Assembly (NCBI GenBank): GCA_000806115.1
Contig: JWKQ01000002.1
Location: forward strand, 52,497-116,496
DNA length: 64,000 nucleotides
From: an archaeon GW2011_AR5
GTDB lineage: Archaea; Aenigmatarchaeota; Aenigmatarchaeia; GW2011-AR5
Direction of reading: 5' to 3'
The position numbers were made by a program, and so were the translations under genes. Of the stretch, positions 1 through 7,607 are shown piece after piece. Position 1 is the stretch's first letter; each line of letters begins with the position of its first letter. Below the pieces are notes generated by a model. The model was not told the origin of the DNA, made no database searches, and saw nothing but the letters and a program-made list of their open reading frames with translations.

Positions 1-251
1 TTCGCGAACTTGTTTGCCTGGAACGTCGGAACCCATTCGACGTTGAAGGCGGGATAAGCCCAGCCTTTGTCAGACTGCTTGAGCGTGAAAAGATGTCCTA
101 CGGCAGGCACGGCGACGAAAGGCTTCCCGTCCTTTTCAAACTCATACCAGAACACCTTCTCGCCCACTTTCTTCGGCTTGCCGTCGGCAAGCGCCTCTGC
201 TATCGCCTTCGCGGAGGTTGGTTTCTCGCATAGGATTAGTGTGTACGACAT
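1..251 (-). CDS. topA: DNA topoisomerase I (type IA), N-terminal part, runs off the window
   Basis: Manual translation from ATG at 251: MSYTLILCEKPTSAKAIAEAL...VPAVGHLFTL; TOPRIM EKP and GHL motifs. Confidence 0.9.
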   Translation of the reverse strand, partial: MSYTLILCEKPTSAKAIAEALADGKPKKVGEKVFWYEFEKDGKPFVAVPAVGHLFTLKQSDKGWAYPAFNVEWVPTFQANKFA

Positions 252-270
252 GAAAAAATCACCGATTAAT

Positions 271-1353
271 CTAATTTATAACTCCTTTTTGCCTTAGAAT
301 ACGTATATGGTAGTCTATTGTCGAAATATTCCTGTTCAATTCTTTGGCTATTTCAGTCCTTTTCCTGCCAGATTTGAGCAGGTTTATAACTAATTCCTTG
401 CTCTCCACTTGCCCATAGTGAGGTATCTGCTTGGAGTTCAGGATAGATTCTAATTTATTGGCTTTTTCTTTATGAATAAAGTCTATGCTTTCTTTGAATT
501 TCTTAAGATTCTCGTATCCCCGAACGTAGAAATAATAAAAATCAAATCCGTTATGATTCTTGTAACATACAGTCCCACATCTTATTCCAAATTCCTCTAT
601 CATTTTTCTTAAGTCAAAAAGCATGTTTTCATTGCTGCATGAAAGCTCTATATGCCTGTAAGGTGGCTTGAATTTTACTGAACCCTCGTCATCAGCAAAT
701 GCCTTGACAAAAGTCCTCTTTATTTCCGTATCATTGCTGTTCTTTATGAAATCCGGAATTCTACAGGTTTTGCCGTTGAAATCCGGAACAACAGTTTTTA
801 GGATTACGCCTACTGGGGAAGGCAAAGTCACGAAATCGACTCCCTTATTTTTAGATTGATATATTTCAAAATCTCCGAAGACTTTCCTTGTATGTTCTTT
901 GAAAATTTCAAGAAGCCCCCTGTCCTTGTTATAATAATGCACATGCAGATACCCATTCTTTTCAGTGCTTACACAGCCGTCACAAAAAAGATGGGCAATG
1001 ACCGAGGAAAGCTCAGGTGTTAGCGTGATTGGAAATTTTGGGTATATTGGTTTGCTTTTTGCGTTCCCGAAATTTCTGTTTTTGTAAAAACAGCTTTTCA
1101 ATTCTATTATATTTTGCTGTTCCTTATTCAGGTCGATTTCGCATAATCTGCAGATTTCAGAAAGAATTTTTAGGGGATAATTACTGTTTTTCCGCCATGA
1201 ACAAAGCGAGCCTGACCAGAGATTCATCACTTTTGCCAGTTTCCTGATGCTTCCATACTTCATAGTTACTGAATTATTTATCTTGTATGCAAATTCCTTA
1301 TTTAGCTTCACGAAGAATCTTTCAGAAGGCAGGTCGGTTATGTTTATTTGCAT
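271..1353 (-). CDS. Free-standing double-motif LAGLIDADG endonuclease-like protein with N- and C-terminal HTH-like segments
   Basis: Motifs VIAHLFCDGCV and FVKAFADDEGSV; C-terminal RTEIAKELNRNISTIDYHIRIL HTH; no intein splicing termini. Confidence 0.8.
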   Translation of the reverse strand: MQINITDLPSERFFVKLNKEFAYKINNSVTMKYGSIRKLAKVMNLWSGSLCSWRKNSNYPLKILSEICRLCEIDLNKEQQNIIELKSCFYKNRNFGNAKSKPIYPKFPITLTPELSSVIAHLFCDGCVSTEKNGYLHVHYYNKDRGLLEIFKEHTRKVFGDFEIYQSKNKGVDFVTLPSPVGVILKTVVPDFNGKTCRIPDFIKNSNDTEIKRTFVKAFADDEGSVKFKPPYRHIELSCSNENMLFDLRKMIEEFGIRCGTVCYKNHNGFDFYYFYVRGYENLKKFKESIDFIHKEKANKLESILNSKQIPHYGQVESKELVINLLKSGRKRTEIAKELNRNISTIDYHIRILRQKGVIN

Positions 1354-1398
1354 TTGGGCACCCTATTTTTTATTCTTAGATATAATATAGAGAAATGC

Positions 1399-2454
1399 TT
1401 ATAAAGATTGAGTGATTTTCTTCATGTTTTTTCTGATTCTGTTGCGAATCTTGTAAGTGTTTCCATGTACAGCGTAAGCGCACCATCCGCTGATTTTTGC
1501 GTCCAATTCTCCCTGTGATATGTTGCCGTTTTTGTAGTCTTCAGCAAGTTCTTCCATTCTGAGATTCATTGATCGCAAATTGCTCTTTTTCAGGAGCTTG
1601 TGGTGGTAAAAAATCCTGAACCCAAGAAAATTTGCTCCGCTGTGCAGTGCATATATTTTAGACTTATCTGGATGCAATTCAAGCTTCAGTGAATTTTTTA
1701 GAAATTCGTCTATTCTGGATTTCCACCATTCAAGAACCACTTTTTTGTCGTGCAGAATCACGAAATCATCAAGGTATCGTATGTAGAATCGTGCGCGGAG
1801 ATTATGCTTCACGAACTTGTCAAGCTCGTTGAGGTAAATGTTAGCGAAGAACTGTGATGTCAGGTTTCCTATGGGCATGCCTTTCCAGTTTTTAGTCGAA
1901 TGGTTTGCTACTATTTTCCTTATCAGGCTCATGACCTTATCGTCATTTATCTTCTTTGCCAGTATCTTTAGCAGTATTTCATGGTCAACTGTTTCAAAAT
2001 AGTGCCTTATATCGGCTTTTAGGAAGTACCCGATAGTCATGTTGCCGTCTTTGGCGTTCTTGACAAGTCGTCCGTTTTTGCTCGCTTTTCTCTTGAATGT
2101 GTCGAATCGTTTTATCGCTGCGTGAGTTCCTTTGCCTTTCCGGCTTGCATACGAATCATGTATGAATGATTTCTCGAAAAGCGGTTCTATGACGTTGCAT
2201 ATGGCATGGTGCACGACGCGGTCGCGAAAATGGGACGAGCTTATTGTCCTTGTCTTTGGGTCACGTATGACAAAATTCTTGAGGGGATGCGGCTGATAAG
2301 TGTCCGTCCTTAGTTCAGCCTCGAGCTTTGCCAGGTTCCTCTCAAGCTCTTTCTCGAATTTGTGCACATACCATTTTGAAGTCTTGTTTTTCCTTGCTTT
2401 CCTGTAAGCCAGAAGAAGGTTATCATAGGAGCAGATTTGATTATATAGATTCAT
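1399..2454 (-). CDS. DGR-type reverse transcriptase
   Basis: FRDRVVHHA, ADIRHYF, GMPIGNLTSQ (DGR-typical), YIRYLDDF, NFLGF; 351 aa with no maturase/endonuclease domain; adjacent TR/VR pair. Confidence 0.95.
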   Translation of the reverse strand: MNLYNQICSYDNLLLAYRKARKNKTSKWYVHKFEKELERNLAKLEAELRTDTYQPHPLKNFVIRDPKTRTISSSHFRDRVVHHAICNVIEPLFEKSFIHDSYASRKGKGTHAAIKRFDTFKRKASKNGRLVKNAKDGNMTIGYFLKADIRHYFETVDHEILLKILAKKINDDKVMSLIRKIVANHSTKNWKGMPIGNLTSQFFANIYLNELDKFVKHNLRARFYIRYLDDFVILHDKKVVLEWWKSRIDEFLKNSLKLELHPDKSKIYALHSGANFLGFRIFYHHKLLKKSNLRSMNLRMEELAEDYKNGNISQGELDAKISGWCAYAVHGNTYKIRNRIRKNMKKITQSL

Positions 2455-2497
2455 GAAAATCCCGGCAGGGCTGCTAGGACGAGAGGCAACCCTGTCA

Positions 2498-2524
2498 GTC
2501 GGCTCGCTTCTATGGAGGAACGAT
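2498..2524 (-). other. TR intron C (27 nt), canonical BHB
   Basis: UC-CGGU-[AA|A]-UCGUUC...GAAGCGA-GCCG-[AC|U]-GA; 4-bp central helix with one G-U pair. Confidence 0.85.
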
Positions 2525-2555
2525 TTACCGGAGTTGAGCGGGTGCCTGTTCGCAT

Positions 2556-2613
2556 TTGCGCTTCTTTTTCGAAGTCGGATGACGCATATGCGTCTGTTTG
2601 TTCCAAAAAGAAT
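2556..2613 (-). other. TR intron B (58 nt), relaxed BHB
   Basis: ACGU-[CA|A]-UUCUUUUU...AAAAAGAA-GCGC-[AA|A]-UG; central helix 3/4 paired; apical GACGC-AUAU-GCGUC hairpin. Confidence 0.75.
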
Positions 2614-2631
2614 TGACGTTGAACCGGCCGT

Positions 2632-2648
2632 TTGCGAGTCTTGAGACT
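2632..2648 (-). other. TR intron A (17 nt), canonical BHB
   Basis: UCG-GCGA-[CA|A]-GUC-UCAA-GAC-UCGC-[AA|A]-CGG; perfect 4-bp central helix, two 3-nt bulges. Confidence 0.85.
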
Positions 2649-2955
2649 TGTCGCCGATGTCCGGGTTGAAGTTGCGCCCAACGAACCGTCTAGCTGCCTT
2701 ATCAAAGTCCTGAGACCACTGCTGCTTGAATTTGAAAAATTCTTGCAGATGTATTTTATGTCATCAGCGCCAGAGTGCGGCGCTTCGATATAAGGCAGCG
2801 TGTAGCCAGCTGCCGGGATAATTACACTTTCCAACACGTACACGACTTTAATCGCGGGTTCGCTTGGAAAATGGAATCCTGAATGCATCCCTGTATGTCG
2901 CCTGAAGACGGCAATTTCAGGCGCATTCAAGATGAACAAGAAGGAAGAACTTAAT

Positions 2956-2968
2956 ATGTTATAAAAAG
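2956..2968 (-). promoter_or_regulatory. Putative TATA box for the TR RNA/RT transcript
   Basis: Minus strand TTTTTATAA about 25-30 nt upstream of where the structured region begins. Confidence 0.5.
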
Positions 2969-3040
2969 ATCTATCTCTCTCTGGCGCTCGACAGGAAACA
3001 GAGGTTCATGTAACTTTCTTTGCGTGACTAGAATAAAAAA

Positions 3041-3754
3041 TTATGCCTTAGCTTCTGATGCAGTCCTGATGTCAATCTCGCCAATTACGTTATGTTCTGC
3101 ATAGGCGGGACGAGAGGCAACCCCGTCAACACCGGAGTCGAGCGGGCGCCTGTCCGCAAGGACGTAGAACCGGCCGTAGTCGCCGAAGTCCGGGTCGAAG
3201 TCGCGCCCAACGAACCTTTTGCCACCCTTGAAATTGTCAGGTCTGTAAAATCCTGATATTTCTACAGCAGGTAAGTCAAATTCTAAATAAGCTCTCTCTG
3301 CTTCTGCCCGCTCTTCGAAAGGCACTGTCTTTTCCGGAATGAGCGTGAACGGTTGGAAAAATCTATATCCTTTAACATTGTCCGCAATCGGGACAACCAG
3401 CCCTGGCTTTGGAGCCCATGCTTTGATGAGAATTTCATCGTCCCTGCCGTCATTTGACTTGTACAGGATAGGTATGTGTCCCTCGCTCGGAGACTGCTCG
3501 CCGCCGTGCATTCTGTCCTCTGCTGAATCATGCGTTATCTCTCCGTACCAGCTTCTTTTCCTGTCATTGTACCTCTTGACATCCCTGTCGTGAAAAGCGT
3601 TGTCAAATCTGTTGTGGCTGTATGCTGCAAAAATAGCATGACCAGGCGGTGCCTGCCTGTGAAGCTGTGCATAAGGGACTATGGTGCCCAGTTCCGGCAG
3701 TTCAAAAGGCACGTCAAACGAGCCCTTGTCTGTCAATACTCTGAAAACATCCAT
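3041..3754 (-). CDS. DGR target (variable) protein, probable C-type-lectin-like C-terminal fold
   Basis: Contains VR near C-terminus (RFVGRDFDPDFGDYGRFYVLADRRPLDSGVDGVASRP); fold inferred from typical DGR targets. Confidence 0.9.
   Translation of the reverse strand: MDVFRVLTDKGSFDVPFELPELGTIVPYAQLHRQAPPGHAIFAAYSHNRFDNAFHDRDVKRYNDRKRSWYGEITHDSAEDRMHGGEQSPSEGHIPILYKSNDGRDDEILIKAWAPKPGLVVPIADNVKGYRFFQPFTLIPEKTVPFEERAEAERAYLEFDLPAVEISGFYRPDNFKGGKRFVGRDFDPDFGDYGRFYVLADRRPLDSGVDGVASRPAYAEHNVIGEIDIRTASEAKA
3108..3216 (-). repeat. DGR variable repeat (VR)
   Basis: 109 nt matching the spliced TR except at 13 adenine positions. Confidence 0.95.
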
Positions 3755-3827
3755 ATCTATCGTATTTTTCTTTATTGAGAAGCTTTTTAAAGCTTTCGAT
3801 TTGTTACCACTTTTAAGTTAGAAATTA

Positions 3828-5105
3828 CTACTGTTTATCGATAACTTTTGCGCCGTCCATGTATTGCTGCAAAGCCTTCGGCACTTCTATTGTGCCGTCT
3901 TCCTTCTGGTAGTTCTCCATTATGGCTATGATCGGCCTGTTTCCTGAAAGCGCAGTGTTGTTCAGCGTGTGCACAAAACCGGCGGGAGGCGCGCCCTCTT
4001 TCTCGCGGTATTTGACGTTGAGCCTTCTTGCCTGGTAGTCGGTGCAGTTGCTGTTCGAGCCGATCTCCCTGTACTGTCCGTCTGCCATGAGAAACTCCGT
4101 GTCGTATTTCTTGGCTGCCATTATGCCCATGTCGCCGGTGCAGACATTTACGACCCTGTGCGGTATTCCCAGCGTTTGATACAGCTCTTCGCTGTATCTT
4201 TGCATCTCTTCGTGAATTTTCCAGCTGTCTTCCGGAAGGCAGAATACAAACTGTTCTATCTTGTTGAAATGGTGCACGCGGAATATCCCGCGGGTGTATT
4301 TGCCGTGCGTGCCGACTTCTTTCCTGAAGCACGGCGAGATGCCTGCGAGCTTTATCGGTTTGTCCATGATTAGCGTCTCGTCCATGAACATGGCCGCCAT
4401 CGGGTGCTCGCTTGTCGCTATGAGGTGCAAATCCTCGCCCTCTATTTTATAGAGCACGTCTTCAAAATCAGCCAGGCTTGTCACGCCTTCGTAAGCTTTC
4501 CGCGACATCATGAAAGGCGGCTGGACAATCGTGAACCCTTTCTTTATCAGGAATTCCAGCGCGAACTGCTGGAGCGCCCGGTCGAGCATCACAAGCTGCC
4601 CCTTGAGATAGTAGAATCCGTGTCCTGCAATCTTCGCGGCGCGCTCTATGTCAAGCAGCCCGAGCCCTTCCGCAAGCTCGACGTGGTTTTTTGGCGTAAA
4701 ATCGAAGCTTTGCTTTCCCCATCTTTTTATCTCCTTATTTTCAGTGTCATCTTTGCCTATCGGCACAGATTCATGCAGCATATTGGGTATCTGCAGCAGC
4801 AGCTTCCTGCATTGGGCGTCGAGCTCGACGAGGCGTTCGTCCAGTTTTTTGATTTTGCCGGGAAGCTCGGCAGCCTCCTTCATGGAGGCGTCTGAAGGTT
4901 TTCCCTGCGCCTTCATTTCCATGATTGTCTTCGTTATGGTGTTCCTCTTCTGCTTCAGTTTCTCCACGTCCTGAAGCACGTCGCGGCGTTCCTTGTCGGC
5001 TTCAACCAGTTCGTGAAGCGCGTGCACGACGGCGGGGTCGTTCCTCTTTGAAAGGTTGTCCAGCACCTTCTCCGGCTGCTCGCGTACGAGTTTTATGTCA
5101 AGCAT
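3828..5105 (-). CDS. serS: Seryl-tRNA synthetase
   Basis: MLDIKLVRE start, coiled-coil arm, LIATSEH, CFRKEVG, GIFRVHHFNKIEQF, HTLNNTA. Confidence 0.97.
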   Translation of the reverse strand: MLDIKLVREQPEKVLDNLSKRNDPAVVHALHELVEADKERRDVLQDVEKLKQKRNTITKTIMEMKAQGKPSDASMKEAAELPGKIKKLDERLVELDAQCRKLLLQIPNMLHESVPIGKDDTENKEIKRWGKQSFDFTPKNHVELAEGLGLLDIERAAKIAGHGFYYLKGQLVMLDRALQQFALEFLIKKGFTIVQPPFMMSRKAYEGVTSLADFEDVLYKIEGEDLHLIATSEHPMAAMFMDETLIMDKPIKLAGISPCFRKEVGTHGKYTRGIFRVHHFNKIEQFVFCLPEDSWKIHEEMQRYSEELYQTLGIPHRVVNVCTGDMGIMAAKKYDTEFLMADGQYREIGSNSNCTDYQARRLNVKYREKEGAPPAGFVHTLNNTALSGNRPIIAIMENYQKEDGTIEVPKALQQYMDGAKVIDKQ

Positions 5106-5107
5106 AT

Positions 5108-5749
5108 CTAACTTTCACCTTTTGCTTCCTTAAAAAACTGCCTCAGATAACTTTCCATAAAATTATGCCTTTCTTCCGCCATTAGCCTTCCTGTTTTAGT
5201 GTTCATCCTGTCTTTCAGGAGCAGGAGTTTTTCATGAAAATGATTGATAGCCGAGCCTTCTGTTCTCTTATACTGTTCGAAACTCATATTTTCCCTTGCT
5301 TCAACAGAAGGGTTGAAAATTGGTATGTTCTTATAGCCTGCGTAGGTAAATGCCCGTGCAATCCCGAATGCCCCTATTGCATCCAGCCTGTCGGCATCCT
5401 GCACCACTTTGCCTTCAAGAGTCTGTATTTTATTTTGTTCCGCAGAGCCTTTGAATGAGATGTTCTCCACAATATGTATTATCTTTTCTGCCGTGCCGGA
5501 GTCCACTCCCAGGGATTGGAGCCATGCGGCGGATTTGACGGCGGTTTCATGGGAATTAAATTTGAAGTCGTCTATGTCGTGCAGCAAAGTCGCCATCTCG
5601 ACCACGAACAAATCAGCTCCCTCCTCCTTGGCTATCAGCTTCGCCGTGTTCCAGACGCGTTCTATGTGAAACCAGTCGTGCGTGGCGTCCTTGTATTCTT
5701 CCATATTCCGGCGGACGTACTCTTTTGTTCTTTCTATTGCATCTTGCAT
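5108..5749 (-). CDS. HD-domain phosphohydrolase (YedJ-like)
   Basis: HDWFHIERV, LLHDIDD, VQDADRLDAIGA, HFHEKLL. Confidence 0.9.
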   Translation of the reverse strand: MQDAIERTKEYVRRNMEEYKDATHDWFHIERVWNTAKLIAKEEGADLFVVEMATLLHDIDDFKFNSHETAVKSAAWLQSLGVDSGTAEKIIHIVENISFKGSAEQNKIQTLEGKVVQDADRLDAIGAFGIARAFTYAGYKNIPIFNPSVEARENMSFEQYKRTEGSAINHFHEKLLLLKDRMNTKTGRLMAEERHNFMESYLRQFFKEAKGES

Positions 5750-5802
5750 ATAGTTAGTCTAAGTCAAGGTTTTTTAAAAATCTATCATTACATATTTAGA
5801 AT

Positions 5803-6102
5803 ATGCATAAAGCCCTGTTTCTGTTGAGAAAAATCCCGAAGGGCAAAGTCACAACATACGGCGAGCTTGCGCGCGTGACAAAGTCCAGCCCGCGCGCAAT
5901 AGGGCAGGTGATGCGGCGCAACCAGCATCCTGAATTGTATCCCTGCTACAAATGCGTGTCTGCCAGCGGCAGGATTCACGGCTATGACGGCTGCCTGAAG
6001 GGCGGGAAAGTTGACAAGAAAATATCGCTTTTGAAAAAAGACGGGATAGAAATAAGGAACAAAAGGGTTGATTTGTCAAAATATTTGCATAAGTTTGAGT
6101 GA
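5803..6102 (+). CDS. O6-alkylguanine DNA alkyltransferase family, single domain
   Basis: IPKGKVTTYGELA...PRAIGQ...PCYKCV (variant of PCHRV). Confidence 0.85.
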   Translation: MHKALFLLRKIPKGKVTTYGELARVTKSSPRAIGQVMRRNQHPELYPCYKCVSASGRIHGYDGCLKGGKVDKKISLLKKDGIEIRNKRVDLSKYLHKFE

Positions 6103-6106
6103 TTGA

Positions 6107-6532
6107 ATGATAATAAGGCGCGCGAGGCTGTCGGATTATGAAGGATTGATTCCTCTTCTCAATGATTTTGTAGGGGATGACAGGTACTCTAGGCGGAACA
6201 ACGATTCGTTTGCGAAAATGTTAAGGGATTCAAGGAGCTTTGTATTTGTGGCTGAGGAAAAGAAGAAGCTGATAGGTTTTGTGACGTTCTGCGTGAGGAA
6301 GGTGGTGAGGTATTCCAAGCCGATAATGGAAATTGATGAAATGTACGTCTCGCCGGATTTCAGGAGAAAAGGCGTGGGAAAAAGCTTGCTGAAGCTGGCG
6401 GAAAAGAAGGCAAAAGAACTTGGCTGCAGGAAGATGTTTCTTGAATCTCACAAGGACAGGAAAGGCGCGCACAAATTCTACGCATCCATGGGCTATGAGA
6501 AAGGCGGGTATTATTTCGACAAAATGCTCTGA
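6107..6532 (+). CDS. GNAT acetyltransferase
   Basis: YVSPDFRRKGVGKSL, AHKFYASMGY. Confidence 0.9.
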   Translation: MIIRRARLSDYEGLIPLLNDFVGDDRYSRRNNDSFAKMLRDSRSFVFVAEEKKKLIGFVTFCVRKVVRYSKPIMEIDEMYVSPDFRRKGVGKSLLKLAEKKAKELGCRKMFLESHKDRKGAHKFYASMGYEKGGYYFDKML

Positions 6533-7606
6533 TTATCTCGTGACCTGCTGCGCTTTGACAAAATCCGCCAGCTGCTTTGCCTTCCCTTTGGAAAGGTGTT
6601 TCCTGACGGGCTCCAGCAAGTCGTTGACGCGGCTGGATGTTGCGCTTTTCAGGTCCATTGGATGCAGCTTCCCCGCTTCAAAATCCCTGCAAAGCTCGCC
6701 TATGTTCGTATAAGTGACGTCGCCGCCGAACTTCTCCGGCCTTTCCACAGTAACCTCGTCGAAGCTCTCAAAAATTATGTACTGCATATATTCAATCAGC
6801 GGATTGTCATTTGTCTGTTTCTCGGGACAATACGCCTTCGATATCTTTCTCTCAACGTCCTGTGCAGAATCTGTCATGAATATTGCGCTGTCAGGGATGC
6901 TCTTTGACATCTTCATCGCTATGGCGCGTTCAACGGGGTCATTGACTCCTTCCGGCGGCTTGTTCAGTCCCATAAGCATGTGGTGGCTCACTACAACAGG
7001 CTTCCAGAAACCGAGCGATGGTCCAAGCTCTCTGGCAAGAATATTCACCTTTCTCTGGTCCATTCCAAGCTGGGTAATGTCGGCTTCCAGCTCGAAGATG
7101 TCTGCGCACTGCATGCACGGATAAATTATCTGGGAAGCTTTCTGGATTTCGTCCTCTTTCCTCCCCATGATCTGTCCGCATCTTATCACCCTGTTGACTG
7201 TGGTGTTCTGCGCAATCCTTATCACTTTTTTCCAGTATTCCTGGTCGTCTACAATGTCCACCGCGCGAATGAACTCGACTTTTTTTGTGTCCATCCCGGA
7301 AGCCTTCCAGACCTCGATAAGAAAGTCCCCGGCTTTCTGTATCTTCTCAAGGTCCCCGCCGAACTTTAGGTTGGTCCAGCCGTGCCAGTCGGCGGCGTAC
7401 ATCTTGAACTTGACGCCTGCTTTCAGCATCTTGTTGACGTTTATTGCACGAAGAATTCCCTGGGCTATATGCGGTATGCCTGACGGCTCAAAACCGTCGT
7501 AGGCAATGGGCTTTGTTTTCGTCTCTAGAAGTGAGCGCAGCTCCTCGCGCGTGACGATTTCCTCGCCGACTTCGCCGATAAGCTGCATGCGTTTTTCGAT
7601 GTCCAC
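6533..7606 (-). CDS. tyrS: Tyrosyl-tRNA synthetase (archaeal/eukaryal type)
   Basis: YDGFEPSG, HIAQ, YPCMQCADI, GMDQRK, KMSKS, LHPMDLK. Confidence 0.95.
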   Translation of the reverse strand: MDIEKRMQLIGEVGEEIVTREELRSLLETKTKPIAYDGFEPSGIPHIAQGILRAINVNKMLKAGVKFKMYAADWHGWTNLKFGGDLEKIQKAGDFLIEVWKASGMDTKKVEFIRAVDIVDDQEYWKKVIRIAQNTTVNRVIRCGQIMGRKEDEIQKASQIIYPCMQCADIFELEADITQLGMDQRKVNILARELGPSLGFWKPVVVSHHMLMGLNKPPEGVNDPVERAIAMKMSKSIPDSAIFMTDSAQDVERKISKAYCPEKQTNDNPLIEYMQYIIFESFDEVTVERPEKFGGDVTYTNIGELCRDFEAGKLHPMDLKSATSSRVNDLLEPVRKHLSKGKAKQLADFVKAQQVTR

Positions 7607-7607
7607 G

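Larger units (their letters stand above)
2477..2687 (-). repeat. DGR template repeat (TR) in four exons: 2649-2687, 2614-2631, 2525-2555, 2477-2497
   Basis: Joined exons = 109 nt, collinear with VR 3108-3216; 13 mismatches all at TR A; rich in AAC/AAT codons. Confidence 0.95.
2455..2935 (-). ncRNA. Putative DGR template RNA (structured 5' leader + intron-containing TR + 3' spacer)
   Basis: Perfect inverted repeats 2459-2468/2810-2819, 2693-2702/2790-2799, 2899-2906/2916-2923, 2828-2834/2864-2870; TATA-like box upstream; ends are estimates. Confidence 0.7.
1399..3754 (-). mobile_element. Diversity-generating retroelement cassette (target gene - structured TR RNA with three introns - RT)
   Basis: RT plus TR/VR pair with adenine-only mismatches. 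Confidence 0.93.

Noticed and set aside
271-1353. LAGLIDADG ORF as an intein in topA
   Set aside because: It has its own start and stop upstream of the topA ATG and no Cys/His-Asn splicing termini.
1399-2454. RT as a group II intron, retron or CRISPR-associated RT
   Set aside because: No maturase/endonuclease domain, no cas genes or array, and a TR/VR pair with A-only mismatches is present.
2498-2648. TR inserts as random decay or MITE insertions inactivating the DGR
   Set aside because: The exons have no non-A mismatches to the VR, the RT is intact, and all three inserts give BHB geometry whose cut sites restore the register exactly.
2693-2799. tRNA gene or a fourth full BHB intron in the TR leader
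   Set aside because: Multibranched, but it has no T-loop/D-loop consensus and only one clear 3-nt bulge, so it is kept as part of the structured RNA.
2451-2939. 162-aa minus-strand ORF upstream of the RT as a candidate Avd
   Set aside because: It runs through the TR and hairpins out of the VR frame, has Ser/Arg-rich non-helical composition and shows no resemblance to the Avd four-helix bundle.
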